Below, in pieces: positions 37,796 through 43,745 of a DNA stretch of 43,745 bases. This DNA is from Chiloscyllium plagiosum (Eukaryota): positions 2,726,898 through 2,770,642 of the forward strand of contig NC_057753.1 of NCBI RefSeq assembly GCF_004010195.1, written 5' to 3'. The stretch's first letter is position 1. Each line of letters starts with the position of its first letter. Made by a program: the position numbers and the translations under genes. Below the pieces are notes generated by a model. The model was given only the letters and a program-made list of their open reading frames with translations. It searched no databases and was not told the origin of the DNA.

Positions 37796-37865
37796 ATGCA
37801 TGAAGCGACAAAAGGTCTGCTGTTTGCCATTTACTATCCCATCATTGGAGTAATAGGAGTTCCAG
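37796..37865 (+). CDS. GPR139/GPR142-like orphan class A GPCR, coding exon 1 (MHEATKGLLFAIYYPIIGVIGVP+G)
   Basis: 70-nt exon from the ATG to the consensus donor CAG|GTAAGT. The phase-1 join to exon 2 restores TM1 'YYPIIGVIGVPANLAVIVILS'. It is conserved with 16277..16346. Confidence 0.85.
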
Positions 37866-38270
37866 GTAAGTTACTGTGCCTTGGTAGTGACTGCATGAAC
37901 AAGTAAAGCGGCTGTGAAAGAGACATTTCATTAGAATAGCTTCGCCACTTGTCAGGTACTCTCTCTGATTTAACGTCTTCTCATTTCCCCATCACCAGTA
38001 CACTCAATTTCGTTTAACAGCTGTAACCGTTTTTCACAAACCTCGCATTAGTTCGTTATTTCAATCTCAGGATCTCTTCTACTTCTATCCATATGACAAA
38101 ATTTGGCCGGGTTAATCTGTATCTTCTCCCCGTTATCAAGTTTATTTCAAATTCTCAACCATAAAGCTGGTTCATTCCTCCCGGACAATTGCATGTTCAG
38201 CAGCATTCTGTTTCTGGGAACACATACAATTTAATTGTTCTAATTATATGATTCCTCCGTTGAATGCTCA

Positions 38271-39008
38271 CACCTTATAAAGTATGTGTATTTCTAATAC
38301 GGAGTCGGCCCTGTTCCTGCAGTGAATTCAAATAATGTTATCATGGCATCAAGTCAATTCTATTCTAGTATTGACGCTGTTCTTGTGGATGAATTAACGA
38401 AACCTTATTGCTGTAGAAATCAGTTCTGTCTTCGTACTGAAATTCAAATATTATTATCACAGAGAAAATTATGTCCTGTTCTATTATTCACTTCAGATGT
38501 GGATAAGTTGCCACTTTATCCATAGTGTGTAATTGTAGATTTCTTGCAATATTGACAACTACAGATAAGAAGCACGATGAATTAATAATTAAGAATTATT
38601 AACCATAGAATAAAGTATGAATAAATGTAAATCAGGAAATTGTTAATGACACACCACCTTATAAAGTAAGTGTAATTCTAATACGGAGTCGGCCCTGTTC
38701 CTGCAGTGAATTCAAATAATGTTATCATGGCATCAAGTCAATTCTATTCTAGTATTGACTCTGTTCTTGTGGATGAATTAACGAAACCTTATTGCTGTGG
38801 AAATCAGTTCTGTCGTCGTACTGAAAATCACATATTATTATCACAGAGCAAATTATGTCCTGTTCTATTATTCACTTCAGATGTGTGTAATTGTAGATTT
38901 CTTGCAATATTGACAGCTACAGATAAGAATCACGATGAATTAATAATTAAGAATTATTAACAATAGAATAAAGTATGAATAAATGTAAATCAGGAAATTG
39001 TTAATGAC
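38271..39008 (+). repeat. Recent intronic tandem duplication (two copies, period 384 bp; second copy has a ~26-bp deletion)
   Basis: CACCTTATAAAGTA... starts at 38271 and 38655, and both copies end ...GGAAATTGTTAATGAC (38650, 39008). The copy-1 intron has only one copy. Confidence 0.92.
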
Positions 39009-40086
39009 GCACTGTATCAATGGCAGGTAATAGCCACATCTTATTTATCTGTCTCTCTGGAAATGTTCGAACATATTTCAGTTGCCACATTATACTGAGA
39101 CGGAAGTTAAATTCATTCGAGATAACGACATTATTCTTGCAACAAAAAACTGAAATGATTTCTGCATAAGCATTGTTATCATTGCATATTTATGGATCAC
39201 TGATATGTTTCTTTTTTTCCCTTCTCAGCCTCATTCAGATTGGTTGTCCTTCACCGCATTCACTGTTGCTGAGAGTTATGTAATGACTGACTTCCTTTCT
39301 TGTCCTTTTCTCCTCAACGCATAGAAATGCCCAAACACGATATACATCATATTTTCCAGACTCAGTAAAGTCCGATAAATTGAAGTATGTCTCACAGCCA
39401 TGATGCATGGATGCTTGCTTTAAGTGTCCATTCAGCAATGAAGTCAATTCTTGAGCCGCACAGTCGGCTACATTTTTAATAGGCTTTACACTGCTTGCAC
39501 TTCACCATCTGTAGTTATACACTGTCCACTTGATACCGACAAATCCCAATTTATTACTTGGTTATGGGGAACAAACATACAACTGAGCTGTATGTAACAT
39601 GTTCTTTTCAAAGTCGAAGACAAAATGATTGTCATTTTGCATTCATCTTGATCTGAATATTTTTGAGCATCTTCACTGCTGACGTTAACAACAACGAATC
39701 ATTTTAGATTAGCTTCTTTGGATGTGCAGTGTGAAATATTAAATGTCCTTGATGATTTAACTGCTCAGTCTCAGTTGCTCTATCTTTAGTTATTTCAAGA
39801 TTTCTTGCAATTTTCTGTAGTGTTCCTGTCAGCACTGTCTTGTTCAATCTTAGAAGATGTTAAGTTAATTTTGCTTTCGGCTGACATTTACATTGTGTAC
39901 ATTCTCATCTCGAAGCCATAATAAGTTGAATAAATACGTTGGCCAGCATTCTTCACAATTCATATTCGAGTTTTCTGTCATTATACTCTCAAATTGACGA
40001 AGAGTCCATTAAAGAAGAACGAATACCTTTGTGATTAAAATCTGCAACATTCATCTTTTTTCTTTCCCTCTCTCTGTATATTGCAG

Positions 40087-41003
40087 CTAACTTAGCAGTT
40101 ATTGTGATCCTCTCTCAAAGAAGATGTGGTATCTCCGGATGCATCATCTATTACCTGGTGTCAATGGCAGTTTCAGATCTACTGCTCATTGTGACTGCGG
40201 CCATATTAAACCGTGTTGCTGGGATTTATTTCCCCTTCAGTTTCCTCTCAATCACGCCAGTGTGCAGTTTGCGTTCTGCAATTAATTATGGATTTATTGA
40301 TAGTTCTACCTGGTTAACAGCCGCTTTCACCATTGATCGATTTGTAGCCATTTGTTGTCAAACGCTCAAAATAACATATTGCACCAGGAGGATGGCAATG
40401 CACGTTGTAGGAATTGTGATCATATTAAGTTGCATAAAAAATACATTTATGTATTTTATACATGAACCGAGGTACATTGTAAAAAATATACCTTGGTTCT
40501 GTAAATTAAAAGATATATTTTTTACTTCACTTGCATGGACTGCATACGACTGGATTCGTTCAATTTTAACCACTTGCCTTCCATTCATTCTGATTTTACT
40601 GCTCAATGCTCTGACCGTCAGATACATTCTAGTAGCTAATCGAGGCCGCAGGAGACTGCAAAAGCAGAATATTGGAACGAATCAGAGCGATACAGAGCTG
40701 GAGAAGCGGAGAAGGTCAATTGTTTTGCTCTTTGCCATTTCAGGCAGTTTCATTCTGTTCAATGCATTGTATTTCATAACGATCCTGTATGTCCGCATTA
40801 GGAATCTTATTTATGCCTCCGGTTCTGACTTTAATAATTTCCTTTTTGTCCTCAATGAAAGTGCATTTATGCTTCAGTTTTTGAGTTCCTGCATCAATCC
40901 ATTTATTTATGCTGGAACCCAAAACAAATTCAGAGCTGAGATACAGAATGCGGTACAATATCCTTGGAATCATTTCCTCAAAAAGTGGAAGATTACAAAA
41001 TAA
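40087..41003 (+). CDS. GPR139/GPR142-like orphan class A GPCR, coding exon 2 (full CDS join 37796..37865,40087..41003; 328 aa; intact)
   Basis: Acceptor is a pyrimidine tract ending TTGCAG|CT, and the frame is open to TAA at 41003. Class A motifs are present: TM1 N, TM2 'LVSMAVSDLL', TM3 Cys and 'FTIDRFVAIC', ECL2 Cys 'PWFC', TM5 'CLPF', TM7 'SSCINPFIY' and helix 8 'KFR'. Confidence 0.92.
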
Positions 41004-41416
41004 GCAAGAGGGATAGAGTGCAGTGGTATTGACAACAAATTATTCATCCTGCGTTTCAGACTGATACTGAGAGCATACGTTGTGAAATGCTTCAATGCAG
41101 CAGGTCATTTCAATTTAGATTCAAAACCGATAAATCGAGAACATAATGTTCATCTCAATAAGAGTGACTTCCAGCTCTCGCAGCCACAAGCTCATTCACC
41201 GAGGCCACTACGGACGGAAATCTGCAAAGATGACCTGATTGTGTCTACGTCGGACACCAATTCCTCTGAACTGAGCTTGACAACGAACTGTTCTCTGAGG
41301 TAGTCTGCAAAACAATTCAGTTTAAGAACCATTTGGGAAAGGCAATGAACATGACCCTCGAGAAATGTATCCTGATGACCATTTAACCAGTTGAAGCCTG
41401 GCCAGCTGCAAATTGT

Positions 41417-41422
41417 AATAAA
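41417..41422 (+). terminator. Candidate polyadenylation signal AATAAA (copy 2)
   Basis: AATAAA lies ~415 nt after the stop and is conserved at the homologous position in copy 1. Confidence 0.35.
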
Positions 41423-42644
41423 CTGATCTTCACTGTATCCCATAGATGTCAACTGATTAATTGTAAATTCTACATCCCGTCATCATGAGGGAGCGCAATC
41501 GCCAATTTGACACAGTTAACTTTCAGCATATATCAGAGTTCTTGTTTCTTGGATTCAATTCCTGCCTGCTCCAGAGATTTGCAATAACAAAACCGTATTG
41601 ATAGATCTCTATCTCGAAGGGATTGCGTGTCACCTACACCAGAGGTGCACAGTAAGATTTCTAAACAGATTAATTGGAAAATGACATTGAACAAGACTGC
41701 TTGCCTTCTGTAACTATAATGGAATGTAACATGTTTTGATGAAACTTTCTTATGTTTAGCTGCATTGCCATTAAAACTGCTACTAAGTTGACAAACCAAA
41801 GTGTTGCAATGGATGATATACCATTTGTCAGTTTAACAGATCTGAAAGGGTAATTATGCAAAATCAATCTGTGGTCTCAGACAACGGATCGTATTTTTGA
41901 AATGATGGCTCTGTGAAATTCTAAGCAGTATAACGGAATGATTTGGGATCCTCGAGGCGCTTTTAGTATTTTTGGTCACTAAATGGAGGCACAAGATTCT
42001 TCGATAAAAGTGAATATGAGCTGTTTGAACAGAGATCGTCAACACCCATCACTGGACCGGTAGACATTGCTGAGATAAGAGCATATGAACAAGCATAGTC
42101 CAATCCACCCCGTGAATTGTTTTCGCCATTTATTGAGATCATGTCTCAGACATGGCATGACTGCATATACCTGCCTCTGGGCCATAACTCTTGCTATCTT
42201 TTGCTTAATATAAAAGTTATCTCAGATTTAAAATAGATATTGATCTAACATTAACTACATTTGTGGAAGAGAGTTTTAAACATCGCCGATTGTGCATAAA
42301 AGTGTTTCTGAGCATCTCTCCTGCTTGACTAGAGCGAATTCTCAGACTATTCTCTTAGTTCCCGAATCCCCAAACAATGGAACCAGTTAATCTTTACTTT
42401 CCCTGTCTTTTTCCTGTTAATATATTGACAACTTCTGTCAGATCACCCCTTGACTTCGAAAGTCGAGAGATTTTATCTGGAAAACCCGTGTTGCGTGATC
42501 GTTGCTTGGAAATGTCATTGGGATCCCTTGTTTACAAATCTAATTTTAACAAATAAGCTAGATGAAACATGGTTTCTCTCGCAGCTTTACAGTCACCATT
42601 TACTTTCAGAATTACATAAAATATTTATTGGTATCTCATGAAAG

Positions 42645-43675
42645 TTGAAGGTTGTTTCTCGGGATGGAGGGCTATGACAATGAGTGGTGTGCCAGAGGGG
42701 TAACGTCTGGGACGTTTGTTAATTGTTAATGACATAAATATTCTGTATGAGAATGTACAAGGCATGATTAGTAATTTTTGGGTGATAGAAATTTGGAGTA
42801 TCGTTGATAGTCTGAAAGATTATCATAAATTGCAGAGGGATCTTGATCTGATGAGCAAGCGGGCTGAGGATTGGCAATTGCATTTCAATGCAAATAAATG
42901 TGAGAAGTTGCATTTTGGAAAGACAAATCAAGGCAGGACGAACACAGAACGTGGTAAGGCCCTGAGGAGTGGTGGGACAGAGTGACCTTGGTGTTCAAAT
43001 ACATAGCCCGATGAAAGTGGCATCACAGGTAGGCAGGGTGGTGAAGAAGGCATTTAACATGCTGTCATTCATCCGTCGACCCATTAAGGAAAAGAATACA
43101 AACATTACCTGACAGTTGTATAAATCGTTGCCAACGTTGTACTTGAAGTATTGTGCTCAGTTTTGCTCTCCCTGTTGCAGGAAAGATGTTGATCAACCGG
43201 AAAGAATTCAAAGAACGTTTTCGTGTATGTTGCCAGGACAAGGGAGAGGTTGGCCAAGATGGAACTTTATTTCTTGGAACAAAGGAGAATTAAGGTTTTA
43301 CCTCGCTGAAGTGTGCAGACTCGTGTGGGGCACAGATATGATGAATGCTTAGTCTTTTTCCTACTCATGGAGATTTGAAAACAAAATGGCATATGTTTGA
43401 GTTGAGAGGGGAAAGATTCAGCATAGATATGTGGGGCAATTTCTTCATACAGAAAGTCGTGCGTACATTGAATGAACTGCCAGACAAATCAGCTGAGGCA
43501 GGTAACATAGCAAAACATAAAGACAGTTTGGATTGGTGCATAGATCAGAGGAGTCGTGCATGACATGGAACATCTTCAGGCAATGGGAACGAACCGAGTT
43601 GGCACCATAATCAGTATGGACCAGTTTGGGCCAAAGAGTCACCTTTAATGCTACATTACTCTATGACGCTATGAC
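42645..43675 (+). mobile_element. Old degenerate CR1 ORF2 3' end and 3' UTR
   Basis: ORFs 42716..42985 ('LQRDLD...WQLHFNANKCEKLHFGKTN'), 43116..43352 and 43345..43563 ('NFFIQKVVRTLNELP'). A CTCTATGA-type tail is near 43660. Homologous to 21895-22758. Confidence 0.85.
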
Positions 43676-43745
43676 TCGAGAAGGAATGGTGTCATACATA
43701 GACAAGTGAAACTGGTTAGTTAACAAATTTTGTTGGCATGTACAA

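Noticed and set aside
38322..38960. Duplicated small ORFs (MNSNNVIMASSQF...)
   Set aside because: They start at GTG, lie in the intronic tandem duplication, and are not preserved in the copy-1 intron.
40358..40973. Antisense ORFs over the GPCR exon
   Set aside because: Short shadows of the sense CDS with no independent motifs.

Overview
Vertebrate genomic DNA, most likely from a shark or other elasmobranch (inferred from CR1 LINEs with TTCTATG/TCTAA-type tails, HE1/V-type SINEs and Gypsy debris), with four assembly gaps. The window is part of a segmentally duplicated cluster of two-exon rhodopsin-class orphan GPCR genes resembling GPR139/GPR142. One copy looks intact (join 37796..37865,40087..41003; 328 aa). 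A second copy (16277..19153) has a +1 frameshift and substitutions in both the DRF and NPxxY motifs, so it is a probable pseudogene. Each gene lies in a duplicated unit of about 12-13 kb: decayed Gypsy element and LTR, SINE/CR1 debris, short TATA promoter, gene, 3' flank, old CR1. Two further partial copies of the unit lack the gene: an inverted one at about 1-4700 and a direct one at about 23259-26370. A much younger inverted duplication spans the 500-N gap at 7078-7577. Identity figures are by-eye estimates, and no alignments or database searches were run.
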